Made by a program: the position numbers and the translations under genes. The notes under the pieces are model-generated. The model saw only the letters and a list, made by a program, of their open reading frames with translations, did not search any database and had not been told where the DNA came from. Shown here piece by piece: positions 18,808-28,747 of a stretch of DNA of 60,967 nt. The stretch's first letter is position 1, and the number at the start of each line of letters is the position of its first letter. Location of the stretch: IMG/VR virus record IMGVR_UViG_3300024331_000060, positions 1 to 60,967 of that record. One strand, written 5' to 3'. The stretch comes from a virus (taxonomy: Duplodnaviria > Caudoviricetes).

Positions 18808-20070
18808 TTAGGCCGGGAGCTGGATCAAGCGAACCGCGAGTTCGGGGTACGCAAGAACTTCACCGGAAATGGTGTCGATACGAGCCGGGAGAAGGTCGTT
18901 ATTCGGGTCCCACTGCTGGGCAAACCGGATATTGTAGCCTTCAAACGATTCCTGGGCCGTGAACTTCACCAACTGAGACAGGTCCAGCATCGGAGGATTC
19001 GCGAACACGATCGCATCTCGATACCAAGCCAGAGACTGTTTAACGGTAGCACCGGAGATATTCGCCACAGCGGCACCCATAACCGTGATAACCGCAGCCG
19101 CTGCCGGCTGAGCACTCACGTTCTGGTACGCACCACCGTAGATAATTCCGGGGCTGATGCTGACGGTGATTCCGCCCGAGGTATCGGAAACAGTCGAGTT
19201 GACCACGAACTGCTTAAGACGACCGAGCGAAGTTTTCGATTCCGGATCAACGTCGTTGACACCCGAGATCGTGATGACATCACCAGCAGTCAAAGTCGTA
19301 GCACCCGAGTTCCAGCCCGAGGTCACCAGAGCGGTAGAGCTGATAAAGGCATTGCCCGTACCCGCATTACCCTGGCCAGCGCCCGAGACCGTAGGAGTCG
19401 AAGAAGCCACAACACCGACCGTATGCGCCGGAAGCTTGGTATTACGGAAAGCCACGAAGCCCGCGACCTTGTCCGCAATCACACCTTCCAACCACTGGTC
19501 AGAGATGCTCGCCTCAGGATTGAACAGACCCTTGTTGTCAAGGATAAACTCATAAGCCGCCTGAGGGTTAGCAGTCAAAGTCCGACGATCATCTTCCGGA
19601 GCCAGAGCTTCCGTGAGGAAACGCTCAGCCTGGAGGACGGTCTGGAAACTGACCGGAGTGTTGTACGCACCTACGAACTTCGGAACCGAGTTCACGAGGT
19701 TTGCAACGTCAACCTCAAGCAAAGCAGCAACCTTAGCCATTGCTGGCTCCAGAACCTGCTCTTCGAAGTTGTTCAACTGCATCGCCCGCTCAACGGACGT
19801 GAAGTTGATGTCCACACCGCGCTGATTGGTAACGTTCAGAGTCGCATATCGCTGAACCGAATTCTCAGCAGACATGGTAGCGCCGGTACGACCGACGTAC
19901 TGGAAGGGCAGCCGGATACTGAGCTGCTGACCGAGGATAACCCCATTAATGGGACCCGGCAGAAGACTCTGGTAGTCACGGTTAGTCCGCCCCGTCATAT
20001 TGGCCTTAGCGTGCAGGAGGACGAGAGCCTTCCGTGCAACCCATTGGGCCGTAAGGAGTGAATTAGCCAT
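18808..20070 (-). CDS. major capsid protein (P22 coat-like)
   Basis: MANSLLT..WVARKAL, LSIRLP, VLEPAM, RID...G....YPELAVRL; C-ending codon bias. Confidence 0.9.
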   Translation of the reverse strand: MANSLLTAQWVARKALVLLHAKANMTGRTNRDYQSLLPGPINGVILGQQLSIRLPFQYVGRTGATMSAENSVQRYATLNVTNQRGVDINFTSVERAMQLNNFEEQVLEPAMAKVAALLEVDVANLVNSVPKFVGAYNTPVSFQTVLQAERFLTEALAPEDDRRTLTANPQAAYEFILDNKGLFNPEASISDQWLEGVIADKVAGFVAFRNTKLPAHTVGVVASSTPTVSGAGQGNAGTGNAFISSTALVTSGWNSGATTLTAGDVITISGVNDVDPESKTSLGRLKQFVVNSTVSDTSGGITVSISPGIIYGGAYQNVSAQPAAAAVITVMGAAVANISGATVKQSLAWYRDAIVFANPPMLDLSQLVKFTAQESFEGYNIRFAQQWDPNNDLLPARIDTISGEVLAYPELAVRLIQLPA

Positions 20071-20095
20071 ATTTAATTAACCTTAAAATTTTCCT

Positions 20096-21163
20096 TTAAC
20101 GCATCGCATTGCGCATCTTTATTCGCGCCTGCTTCTCTGCGATCTTCCGATTCCTCTCAGTTGCTACCCATTCATCCATAGTCATGATGCTCTCAGGTTT
20201 ACTGACAACACCCGAACTCGACGATACGGGCTTCGGAGGAGGCGGAGCCTTTGTCACTTTAGCCGGAGCTTTTGTGACTTTTGACGGTTCTTTTTGCGCA
20301 TTAACAGCATCGGCCTTAGCGCGTACGAGTTGTTCCTCAAGCCGTCCAATTGCAGCAGACTGGGAAGCTGCGTCCATCCTGGCAATCCTCACAGCCAAGT
20401 CCGGATTTTTACCGAGATGGTAAATAATGTCCGGGCCATTGTCTGATCGAACTACTACCCTGGCGGCATCTGGTGCCAATTGGGGAAGTGCAGGATTTGA
20501 AATAACTACGTCAAAATCGGGAGCCGTTTTACGGAACTCCGCTGTACGATTTTCGAATGCTTGGCGAGTAGCTACTTCGCTTTGGCGACTCTCAATCTGC
20601 TTTACAGCCGATTCGACTCGTTTTTCGACTTGCTTCTGAATCCATTCAGTCTGCATTTTGGTAAGCTTGACTGGATCGTACTCAGCACTCTCAAGCGTAG
20701 GAGCAGTATCATCTACAACTGTGTCCTGATGGGCGGGTTGCGATTCCGCCACCGGCTTAGCCGGAGCCTTACGCATCTCATCGACCTGAGTTAAGAGATA
20801 TTCTCCATACTTTCGAAGTGCATTACGTTCTGCAACCAATTCTTCGATACGCTCCTGAGCCCTACTGCGAGGCTTGCCGTCTGCAAGATCCTCTGGATCG
20901 GGGTCTTTTTCGCCTTCAGGAGTGGCGTCTGCGGCAGCTACCGACTCTGCCTGGTTTTCGGTAGTAGAACCGTCGTCGCCCTGTGCGGCGGGCTCCGTAA
21001 CATCCTCAGGTGACGGGTCTGGGGAGGCTTCCGCTTTAGCCTGCGGATCGGCTTCAGGATTCAATACATCCTTGGTATCTCGGGGACTCCAAGGATCATG
21101 GTTAGGGTCCATAACTGGAGTTTGGGTTTCATAAGTCTTCAAATCATCTCGGCTAAATGCCAT
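20096..21163 (-). CDS. scaffolding protein
   Basis: Acidic/coiled-coil; QERIEEL, GPDIIYHLGKNP, IGRLE, KAPPPPKP, MDEW; lies between portal and coat. Confidence 0.8.
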   Translation of the reverse strand: MAFSRDDLKTYETQTPVMDPNHDPWSPRDTKDVLNPEADPQAKAEASPDPSPEDVTEPAAQGDDGSTTENQAESVAAADATPEGEKDPDPEDLADGKPRSRAQERIEELVAERNALRKYGEYLLTQVDEMRKAPAKPVAESQPAHQDTVVDDTAPTLESAEYDPVKLTKMQTEWIQKQVEKRVESAVKQIESRQSEVATRQAFENRTAEFRKTAPDFDVVISNPALPQLAPDAARVVVRSDNGPDIIYHLGKNPDLAVRIARMDAASQSAAIGRLEEQLVRAKADAVNAQKEPSKVTKAPAKVTKAPPPPKPVSSSSGVVSKPESIMTMDEWVATERNRKIAEKQARIKMRNAMR

Positions 21164-21205
21164 ACTAGTCTCCTATACATAGTTTTACGAACTAAGAAAC
21201 GGTGG

Positions 21206-23536
21206 TTATTTGGCTGGTTTAGCCTTCTTTGGTTTAGCCGCTGCTACTGCTTTGGCTTGGGCTATTTTAACTTGTCCAAGTTCATGGGCATGCTTCTTGG
21301 CTTGCTCATGTTTCTCGTGGGTACGTCGCATCTCAGCCTCATGAGCATGCTGTTTCCGAGTTTCCTCGGCTACATGGGCATGATGACCATGAATCAAATC
21401 TTGCTGATGCTGCTGGGTCTGCTGAGCAAGGTCCTGGAGACCTTGGACGGATTTTTGTTGGTTGTCCAATTCATCCGCATCGGCTTCTGCTTGAGCGGCT
21501 GCTTGAGTACTACCCAATTCAGCCCCCATTTTCAGATTAGACAGATGCTTTCCAGCAACCTCGTAGGTCATCTTATTAGTGATGAGAGGAATCATCTCAG
21601 CCTTATGCTGCTGGATTACCGCTGAAGCGGCATCTCTCTGCGCCAGAGCCGTTTCCCTTTGGAGCTGTGCTTGCATCAACTGCTCTTGGGGATTTGGTTT
21701 CGGAGGAGGCATATTCTTTGCTTCCTCGTCTGTAGGCTTAATGATGCCCTGCTGAATCAACGGAATTCTAAGACGACGAGTAAGCTCATCGGCATCCGGC
21801 AGATCAATATTTTTAGCCAGAAGATCGGGCGCAATCTGAGCAATCATTGGAATTGCATCTGCTGCATCGATCATCGTAGCCAAAGCTTCTTGTCGGGCTG
21901 TCTGGTAATTCGGACCTATCGTAACCTTACAGCTATAGGCACCTTTCTTGAGATCATGAAGAATGTCGCCACTTTCAGGATCTTCCTGGTTAATGGCTAC
22001 CATCTTCTCAATCTCATCGTTGCCTACGATGCGGACGATACGCTCAGAATCATAGATAGTAGGAATTATATCGAGACCTATTTCCCAAGTTAATTGGAGA
22101 GCGTCCCCGTATCCGTCTATGAACTCGAAACTGCCAAGATCGGATCTACGGGTATGCTGAATTAGAGCTTTGCCCGATACTCGATTCATATCTTCAGCAT
22201 TGCCGATAGCAGGATCAAAATAGCCGGTAGTGGCTTGAATGTCCTGAGCTGCTTGCTGAGCCAGCGCCAGAGAGCCCTGAGGCATATCTATGGGGGCATT
22301 GCGGATAGGTAGAGCTTCTGGGGCATTCTTATCTACGTTGTACGGCAAGTACGGACGAGAGGCAGTATTGCTCTGAGCCCATTCCTGCTCGTACCCCTTT
22401 ATCATGTTCTCAGTAACAAGATACGGGGCTTTTGGAATGAGAGCTGACCGCTCGATCATATCGCAAACACGACTATTGTACGTGCGCTGAGCATCCTTGG
22501 CATGCCGGATCAAGCTTTGGAGTTTCTTACGTCCCTCAATATTGATGTATCGGCCTGGGACTCGTACAACTGGGATTCGCTTCCAGTCATAAAAGATAGG
22601 ACCTTCTAGGACCTGGCTGCCATCGCATTTGCACCACATTACTCGCCATTTAAGGACTTTACGAGTACGTACTATGCGCTTAACTTGATCTGGGCCTAGA
22701 CCTTGGGCCTGGTACTCCTCATCAGCCTTCTTAATCTCTGGCGTGAGATCTTCAATAGATCCATCTGAGAAAAGAACGATTTCCTTTTCGAAAGGAACTC
22801 GCTCCATGTACTCTACGACTCGGACTTCTTTGTCAGTAAACCAGCCGTAGGAATCCCGTGAAATCTGAAAACTAATCTCGGACTCGGAGTTCGGGAATAG
22901 AGATCTATACTTCTCTTTGGATAGACGCTCGCCGATAAGGCACCACATAGCATCGCCAGCACATGCATCAGAGCACTCCGGGTCCCAGATAACGGTCTGG
23001 GGATTTGGGATATCTTTTATTCGAAGGACTTGATCGAAAGAATCTTCGGAGGCATACTCAGGCATCAGCCTCCAAGCACCAAACCCTCCTGCAACTGCAA
23101 ATTTGTACTGATTCTTGTAGATAGGATCAGCTCGGGATTCGTCCTCAATAGATCGCATAAGTCCAGCAAGGACTTCAGCAGTGGCTTCATTTGCGGCGCC
23201 ATTTGTAGGACGCACCTTTCCAGCAGGTCGCGTTTGGCGCATATCGGCCACGACAATGTTAACCGGCCCAATGACTCTGTTGAAAGTGTAATTAGGTTTG
23301 CCACGTCTAGCCTCAAGTACTACCGGGTCCCATTGACCCATACTCTCTGAATTATAGACGAAATTAAGATCTTCAGAGTGCATCCTCCGATTCTCTTCGA
23401 ACGCACCTACTCCATCATCGTATCTATTACGAATACGACTTAAGAGATCTTCCAGATCCAAAGTATCATCTGAATCGGTCTCTACCCTTTTCTCGGAAGA
23501 AGGGACAGGAAAGAGATTAGGAGGAGTTTTATCCAT
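21206..23536 (-). CDS. portal protein (P22 gp1-like)
   Basis: EDLNF...GQW, FN, GGFGAWR, KDAQRTYN, SGKAL, GPNYQTARQE, C-terminal coiled coil. Confidence 0.9.
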   Translation of the reverse strand: MDKTPPNLFPVPSSEKRVETDSDDTLDLEDLLSRIRNRYDDGVGAFEENRRMHSEDLNFVYNSESMGQWDPVVLEARRGKPNYTFNRVIGPVNIVVADMRQTRPAGKVRPTNGAANEATAEVLAGLMRSIEDESRADPIYKNQYKFAVAGGFGAWRLMPEYASEDSFDQVLRIKDIPNPQTVIWDPECSDACAGDAMWCLIGERLSKEKYRSLFPNSESEISFQISRDSYGWFTDKEVRVVEYMERVPFEKEIVLFSDGSIEDLTPEIKKADEEYQAQGLGPDQVKRIVRTRKVLKWRVMWCKCDGSQVLEGPIFYDWKRIPVVRVPGRYINIEGRKKLQSLIRHAKDAQRTYNSRVCDMIERSALIPKAPYLVTENMIKGYEQEWAQSNTASRPYLPYNVDKNAPEALPIRNAPIDMPQGSLALAQQAAQDIQATTGYFDPAIGNAEDMNRVSGKALIQHTRRSDLGSFEFIDGYGDALQLTWEIGLDIIPTIYDSERIVRIVGNDEIEKMVAINQEDPESGDILHDLKKGAYSCKVTIGPNYQTARQEALATMIDAADAIPMIAQIAPDLLAKNIDLPDADELTRRLRIPLIQQGIIKPTDEEAKNMPPPKPNPQEQLMQAQLQRETALAQRDAASAVIQQHKAEMIPLITNKMTYEVAGKHLSNLKMGAELGSTQAAAQAEADADELDNQQKSVQGLQDLAQQTQQHQQDLIHGHHAHVAEETRKQHAHEAEMRRTHEKHEQAKKHAHELGQVKIAQAKAVAAAKPKKAKPAK

Positions 23537-23537
23537 T

Positions 23538-23735
23538 TTACGTGGGGACTTCTTGAACTACAATCCTACGATCTTCGCCTACCCATACATCTACACTAGT
23601 GCCTGGTTTAAGATAGCCGTCCACTGAGGCTGTCCAAGTCTTTTTCTTTGTCTTGGGATCAATCTCAGCAACCTCAGGAGTAACCCTAAGTTCATTCCGT
23701 TGATTCGTATTCTTAATCGTGATATTAGTCGGCAT
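23538..23735 (-). CDS. hypothetical protein
   Basis: TAATG-coupled to the terminase C-terminal ORF. Confidence 0.6.
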   Translation of the reverse strand: MPTNITIKNTNQRNELRVTPEVAEIDPKTKKKTWTASVDGYLKPGTSVDVWVGEDRRIVVQEVPT

Positions 23736-24463
23736 TAACCGCTCCAGAAATTAGGTGGGGACCAATGAAACCAGGGTGTACCGGTAAAGCTGGGCTCTAC
23801 CTTTGCTCGATCCAAGCCACTCATTACGAGATAGCGGAGAGCATCCATTAAGTGATCGTTCTTTTTAACTACTTGACCTTTTTCATCCCTACGATAGAGC
23901 CTGTACTCGGATATCGTATTTGCACAACTTTTGAAGACCTTGAGTCGGCCTTGACTGAGCATCTCCCAGACTTTGTAGATACCAGCTTCACGTGCATTTT
24001 CAGCTACTTCGAGATCAAGTCCAAGTCCTTGATAAAGTTCCAATAGTCGAGAGCCATCTGTTTGCATTCTTCCCCGGGAAGCGGGATCGATAACTCCAGG
24101 AATCCACTTACCCCGTTGTGAGATGGCAGCGGTATGGACACTCGGCTCGGCTTGCCCTCTATAATATTCATCGTAAATGTAGAGAGTAGCTGTCTCTCGA
24201 TCATAGGCACCCCAAAGTGCTGCAGTACGATTCCAGCCTACGTCCATTCCAAAGCTACGCGGCCAGTGCTTAGGGATTTCGAAGCCTTGAATGGTGATGT
24301 CGCTCTCTGGTACTTGGTATATTGCTCCAGAGCCAAGTTGAGGAACACCTTTTGTACGGCTATCTCTCTGCCAAGCGGGGATGCTTGAGAGGATTGCTTT
24401 CTTAAGTTCTTCTGGTAAGTGCGGGACATCTTCCCATTCCACGAATGTACATGCTTTGGACAT
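23735..24463 (-). CDS. terL: terminase large subunit, C-terminal (nuclease) ORF
   Basis: WEDVPHL, RTKGVPQLGSG, GMDVGW..TAA, YRRDEKG.VVK.NDHLMDALRY. Confidence 0.85.
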   Translation of the reverse strand: MSKACTFVEWEDVPHLPEELKKAILSSIPAWQRDSRTKGVPQLGSGAIYQVPESDITIQGFEIPKHWPRSFGMDVGWNRTAALWGAYDRETATLYIYDEYYRGQAEPSVHTAAISQRGKWIPGVIDPASRGRMQTDGSRLLELYQGLGLDLEVAENAREAGIYKVWEMLSQGRLKVFKSCANTISEYRLYRRDEKGQVVKKNDHLMDALRYLVMSGLDRAKVEPSFTGTPWFHWSPPNFWSG

Positions 24464-25263
24464 TAGTTGAGTTTCTTGGCGAAGTCTTCTGGGGCTGGCA
24501 TGTATTCAGGCATGAAGCTGAGCATCAGATCGGTGAGGCCCATAAGAGGAGTGGCGGTAACGTATATAATACCGTTAACAGTAAGAGTACGGAGAAGGCA
24601 CTCAGTATAAATATCCATAGGGCATTCTTCATCTAGGTGTATCACGTGTTGGCTAGTACCTTGGAAGACTTCCCGTCCCTGGTCATAGGACTTGAACTGG
24701 ATATTGCTGAGTCCACCTGAGACGTGCTTGACGTAGATAGACTCGATGGCATCTGATAGGCCATGTTTCGAGGTATACCTGTGTATAAGTTCCCCAGGTA
24801 TGAGACCAGTACCGTATTGCTCGGTATTTCCGTACGGACCAACGAGCATCGACTGCATAATATCTCGGACATTCTTCGCAGTATCTCCTGCTGTCCAGGC
24901 ACTTATAGGCTCATTGAAAGTCTTACCTTCCCACCAATTAGGGTATAACCCGGTAAGATGAAGAGACATCTCGTACCCACCTGCCAGACTCTTCCCTGAT
25001 CTATTCCCTCCCGCCAATAACCTTTCATTATGAATAGCCCCTAGACGGAAATGCTGCATCTGTTTAGGATAGTCAGCTCGAATTTCAGGAGTGTTGAAAT
25101 ATTGATCTATCTTTCGGCGGGATTTACGTTTATCCAGCTCTTCTAGAAGCTCAAGAAGCTGTAATTGCTCGTGTTTCGGTAACTGGTGTGCATTCGACTT
25201 CAATAACGTCAGGTCGGAGCTTGTTAAGGAGTCGAGAGAGGCGAGCCTGGAGCTGTCGGTCAT
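24463..25263 (-). CDS. terL: terminase large subunit, N-terminal (ATPase) ORF
   Basis: GGNRSGKS Walker A, FKSYDQGRE.FQG, HLDEE Walker B, TATP motif III. Confidence 0.88.
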   Translation of the reverse strand: MTDSSRLASLDSLTSSDLTLLKSNAHQLPKHEQLQLLELLEELDKRKSRRKIDQYFNTPEIRADYPKQMQHFRLGAIHNERLLAGGNRSGKSLAGGYEMSLHLTGLYPNWWEGKTFNEPISAWTAGDTAKNVRDIMQSMLVGPYGNTEQYGTGLIPGELIHRYTSKHGLSDAIESIYVKHVSGGLSNIQFKSYDQGREVFQGTSQHVIHLDEECPMDIYTECLLRTLTVNGIIYVTATPLMGLTDLMLSFMPEYMPAPEDFAKKLN

Positions 25264-26176
25264 CTAATTTTTCCGTAACATTCATGTCAACCTTAATATT
25301 TTCTCGATATTCAGGCTTTTTGACACTTAGTACTTTAGTTAGTAGTTTGTCGTTCCCGGCCAAAGCCAATTGGATGGCTCTTTCTTCGAGAGCAAGATGC
25401 GCGAGCGGATCGGCTTCCTTAAGACGCTCCGAAAATACCGAATTTCGTGCCAATTCTTGGAAATATTCGAACGGAGTGACACCAATGGAGTCTCTAGCAG
25501 TAGCCAGATCGCCAGTATTGATATAAACTTCGATAATCTTGTCATGTTTTTCTTTAGTCCAGATAAATCCTTCTGAAGAATTTACCTTTTTAACCCCTAA
25601 ACGCTCTTCCAGGGCTTCGTAAGCTGTCCGAAACGATCCTGAATACGACAGTCGAGCTTCAATTTTGGACTCTTCTATCGAAATTGCTTCGCAAGCTGCC
25701 TTGAAATTCTTGTGGTAGGCGTAGGCTTCTAGGAATCTTCGCTCCCAAGCATCTACTTGAGCAGGTTTCTGGACATTGACAATGACTCCACTAGCGTTTC
25801 CAGTTCCCTTTTTACCGGTTTTATTGTCAATTCCGGTACGTTCGCCTATAGTTCCTTTGCCCGCCTTTAGCCGAGTGCAATCAACGCATTTACGAGGATT
25901 GCTAGTATAGCGGGGAGCAACATGACCATAGCGACACGGGGTAGCAGAGAAACAATATCCCCAGCCTCGAAACTTGGCTTCTTCGACAGGAACCATCCGA
26001 GTAGGCATGTGATTATACAAATCAGGCCCACCAGCCCTATTGATAGGAGCAATAGCTTTAATATCATCTAGAGTCAGCTCAGGATAAAGATTATTCTGTT
26101 CCTGGGAGGAAATTTCCGTGTCGGTCTGTTCCTGCGACTGTTTGCCAGAGGAGGGATTCGTGAGGTTTTGAGTCAT
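25151..26176 (-). CDS. putative terminase small subunit with an N-terminal C-x2-H/CxxC module
   Basis: Directly upstream of terL; PCRYGH..RY...CVDC; LEERA..LA..G.DKLL..L....PEYR. Confidence 0.55.
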   Translation of the reverse strand: MTQNLTNPSSGKQSQEQTDTEISSQEQNNLYPELTLDDIKAIAPINRAGGPDLYNHMPTRMVPVEEAKFRGWGYCFSATPCRYGHVAPRYTSNPRKCVDCTRLKAGKGTIGERTGIDNKTGKKGTGNASGVIVNVQKPAQVDAWERRFLEAYAYHKNFKAACEAISIEESKIEARLSYSGSFRTAYEALEERLGVKKVNSSEGFIWTKEKHDKIIEVYINTGDLATARDSIGVTPFEYFQELARNSVFSERLKEADPLAHLALEERAIQLALAGNDKLLTKVLSVKKPEYRENIKVDMNVTEKLDDRQLQARLSRLLNKLRPDVIEVECTPVTETRAITAS

Positions 26177-26549
26177 TACTAGTTCCGTAAATAGCCTGTT
26201 CCCATATCCAGACTAGTTTTTCACCTTCAAAGTCCCATTCGATTTGGTTTCTTGGGCTGAATTCGACGATGTCTCCGACTTTGACTCGCATCGGTCTCGT
26301 TTTGCCCGTCTCTGCACCATCCTCAAAATAAAGGGATCGAGCTGTGGCGAGATGTCCTTCTTTGAGATCAAAGCGCACCTTCTTGCGAATCCGTCTTCCG
26401 GGACCTACTGCTATTACCACTCCCTTCTGAAGAGTGACGCCGATTACGGCTAGAGTAGGGTGCTCGTACTCGAGTCTCTGTACTAGAACGCGATCCCTTA
26501 AGGGTCGTACCGTCTGCGATAGACTCTTCAATCTCTTGTTCAATTTCAC
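26091..26549 (-). CDS. groES: co-chaperonin GroES-like
   Basis: VRPLRDRVLV, GVVIAVGPG and PMRVKVGDIV motifs; long insertion. Confidence 0.8.
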   Translation of the reverse strand: MKLNKRLKSLSQTVRPLRDRVLVQRLEYEHPTLAVIGVTLQKGVVIAVGPGRRIRKKVRFDLKEGHLATARSLYFEDGAETGKTRPMRVKVGDIVEFSPRNQIEWDFEGEKLVWIWEQAIYGTSNDSKPHESLLWQTVAGTDRHGNFLPGTE

Positions 26550-26554
26550 GAGTG

Positions 26555-26806
26555 TTAAGCCTCATACACTAAGTCTAGGTCTTGTTCTTTGAGGATACGT
26601 ATGGAGCTACCGGCAATCCTCGCGTCCATTCCAACTGCTGCTCCGAAGGCGGTCTGCATCCCTGGCAGCACTTCGCGGCATCCCGGGCCAACCGCAATAA
26701 TCGTTCCAGTGAAACTTCGTTTCCAGTCGGGAAGTTTGATATTTCCTTTTTCTTCATCAAATTTAACAGCGACCAATTCACCTATGAGATTCAAAGGGAA
26801 AGACAT
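26555..26806 (-). CDS. groES: second, divergent GroES-like protein
   Basis: GNIKLPD, GTIIAVGPG.REV.PG, RILKEQDL. Confidence 0.7.
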   Translation of the reverse strand: MSFPLNLIGELVAVKFDEEKGNIKLPDWKRSFTGTIIAVGPGCREVLPGMQTAFGAAVGMDARIAGSSIRILKEQDLDLVYEA

Positions 26807-27195
26807 TACGCACCGTTAGGCGTCTGGATTGCGAGCAGCTCAAGTACCGAGACACCTTGGGCGGTACAAGAAGCCGAAGTAACGGTATCTACCCAAGTAG
26901 CTGTCATCCAGATCTGGAAGATCTCACTGCCTTGCCAATTATGAGTCATCACAAGGCGAGAGCCTGGGATCTGAAGAGTGTACGTAGAAGCTGCAACCAC
27001 TACGGTAGTCTGAGGAATTACATTGACAGCATTGGTAATATCGTCTACTTGATATTTAAACGAAGTAGGAACTACCAGATTGCCTGCATGATCGAGGAAA
27101 GTAAGGTCGATGAATACATCTGCACCTTGATAGGACCTATAATCTACATAAGGTAGAATAGGTTGACCCGATAGACCTCGATTATTAATTGGCAT
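26806..27195 (-). CDS. hypothetical beta-rich protein
   Basis: TAATG-coupled ORF in the late arm. Confidence 0.6.
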   Translation of the reverse strand: MPINNRGLSGQPILPYVDYRSYQGADVFIDLTFLDHAGNLVVPTSFKYQVDDITNAVNVIPQTTVVVAASTYTLQIPGSRLVMTHNWQGSEIFQIWMTATWVDTVTSASCTAQGVSVLELLAIQTPNGA

Positions 27196-27199
27196 TTAA

Positions 27200-27274
27200 C
27201 TAGACCGGATACTGCTGGTTCGGACGAATATTGACGAAGATCTTGCCGGAGCGGATCTGGCTAACTACGATCAT
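27200..27274 (-). CDS. possible 24-aa peptide
   Basis: ATGA overlap with the upstream stop; MIVVSQIRSGKIFVNIRPNQQYPV* fills the gap. Confidence 0.35.
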   Translation of the reverse strand: MIVVSQIRSGKIFVNIRPNQQYPV

Positions 27275-27561
27275 TTTACAATCTTATGGGCGTGCTTGAT
27301 TACGTGGTTGGCCCGACTATGGATCTTCTTGTGCTTAGCATCCGAAATATGGCCTGCTACCCACATACGAGTTGCGTGAAGCTTCTCTTCGTGAGCAATC
27401 TTCTTGACCTTCATAGCCGGAGTAGGCTCTTTCATTTCATCATCAAGTTCACCCACTTGGGTGTGCGTACCACCCGTAGTGGCTGCTTCCCCAAGCTTCT
27501 TGGGAACCTTAGATTTCTTAGCGGGCTTCTGATATGCCCCCTGAAGCATTACACTTGGCAT
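27271..27561 (-). CDS. basic, His/Lys-rich hypothetical protein
   Basis: ORF with AAGGA RBS. Confidence 0.6.
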   Translation of the reverse strand: MPSVMLQGAYQKPAKKSKVPKKLGEAATTGGTHTQVGELDDEMKEPTPAMKVKKIAHEEKLHATRMWVAGHISDAKHKKIHSRANHVIKHAHKIVK

Positions 27562-27572
27562 ATTAGTTTTCC

Positions 27573-28178
27573 TTATGCGCTGAAGCCGACGTTGTCTACG
27601 TAGAACTGATTTGGGGAGATTCCCGAACCATCTGCAATAGAGAACTTGAGAATCAGTTTATTGGTCAATCCGAAGTCTGCCAGAGGAATCTTGTACGATC
27701 CCCACTGACCTGCGACCGGAGCAGGGCCGTACTTTGTGATAGATGTACTGACCGTGGTAATCGGAGTACCATCTGCTACATCTCCTGTAGCCGCAAAGCC
27801 GGTAGCAAAAACTGCATTGGCTTTTGTAGGTTTGATGGAATAGAGCAGATACTTGTACGGAGATGTATCGAAAGCTCCACCCTGAGCAAAGGGCTGATAG
27901 CCGCCCCAAGGACTCACAACAGGAACTGAGATATCGAACTGGCCAGAAAGAGGCTTACCTGCAGTATCTTGGTAATTAATAGGACCAGTACCAAATGAGT
28001 AGTCTCCTGCCCAATTGAACTGACCATTATAATAAATCCAGAATACACCAGTAGCCGGAGGAGTCGTAGAACCCGTAGATCCTGTACTCGTAGACTGCTG
28101 AGACAGGTACGGCTGAAGGGCCGTAGCAAGAGCCTGAAGATCAATACTACCCGAAGTCGAAATAGAGAAAGTTGCCAT
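27573..28178 (-). CDS. carbohydrate-binding-module-like protein
   Basis: FDTSPY.YL..SIK...W.SYKIPLADFG...FYVDNVGF jelly-roll pattern after a Ser/Thr linker. Confidence 0.6.
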   Translation of the reverse strand: MATFSISTSGSIDLQALATALQPYLSQQSTSTGSTGSTTPPATGVFWIYYNGQFNWAGDYSFGTGPINYQDTAGKPLSGQFDISVPVVSPWGGYQPFAQGGAFDTSPYKYLLYSIKPTKANAVFATGFAATGDVADGTPITTVSTSITKYGPAPVAGQWGSYKIPLADFGLTNKLILKFSIADGSGISPNQFYVDNVGFSA

Positions 28179-28179
28179 A

Positions 28180-28521
28180 TTAGGTACCTGTAGATCCTTG
28201 TCCCGGAGTAATTTCAAATCCTGATGTGCCGGCCACGTACGCCGCCGAGGAGATGAAGAAAGTAGTTGAAGGAAGTTCGAGAGTGATAGCTACTCCGCCA
28301 GACACTGCGATAGACTGAGCAAAAGCCCCTGCTGATGGAGCTGCTGAAGAAGTCTTGGCTGCCGTATCTCCCCACCCGATTCTCTGTGCGGAAGTACCCA
28401 CACTATAAATACGGAAGGAGACCATACCACCAGGGCCGGTACCAACAGGAATTACCTGTACGGCTGAATTAGTGAGACCGAAGGTTTGAGTCTTCGGTTG
28501 AAACGCTGTATCTATGCTCAT
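28180..28521 (-). CDS. hypothetical protein, probably virion-associated
   Basis: Small beta-rich Ser/Thr/Gly ORF. Confidence 0.55.
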   Translation of the reverse strand: MSIDTAFQPKTQTFGLTNSAVQVIPVGTGPGGMVSFRIYSVGTSAQRIGWGDTAAKTSSAAPSAGAFAQSIAVSGGVAITLELPSTTFFISSAAYVAGTSGFEITPGQGSTGT

Positions 28522-28739
28522 GTCTTATATTCACCTACGTTAGATTTAGCATCGCCATGAGCCCATTTATTAAGCTTGGACTTGCGATCCTTAGCTCGGT
28601 CCGAGCGGGAAGCTTTTACCTTATCCGCCCGGACAAATTCTTTAGCGACTTTCTTCGGAGGCCCTTTGATCTTGTCGGGCCTCCATCCGTGAGCTACTGC
28701 TCGCATAAGACGAGCTTGAGCTTTCGAGGTACTAGGCAT
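28518..28739 (-). CDS. small basic phage protein
   Basis: MPSTSKAQARLMRAVAH...VAKEFVRAD pattern. Confidence 0.65.
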   Translation of the reverse strand: MPSTSKAQARLMRAVAHGWRPDKIKGPPKKVAKEFVRADKVKASRSDRAKDRKSKLNKWAHGDAKSNVGEYKT

Positions 28740-28747
28740 TTTGTAAT

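Noticed and set aside
19423-20061. Long antisense or alternate-frame ORFs (also 41004-41615, 34431-34904, 51090-51713, 59260-59817)
   Set aside because: They overlap well-supported genes, show no motifs, and are expected shadows of codon bias.
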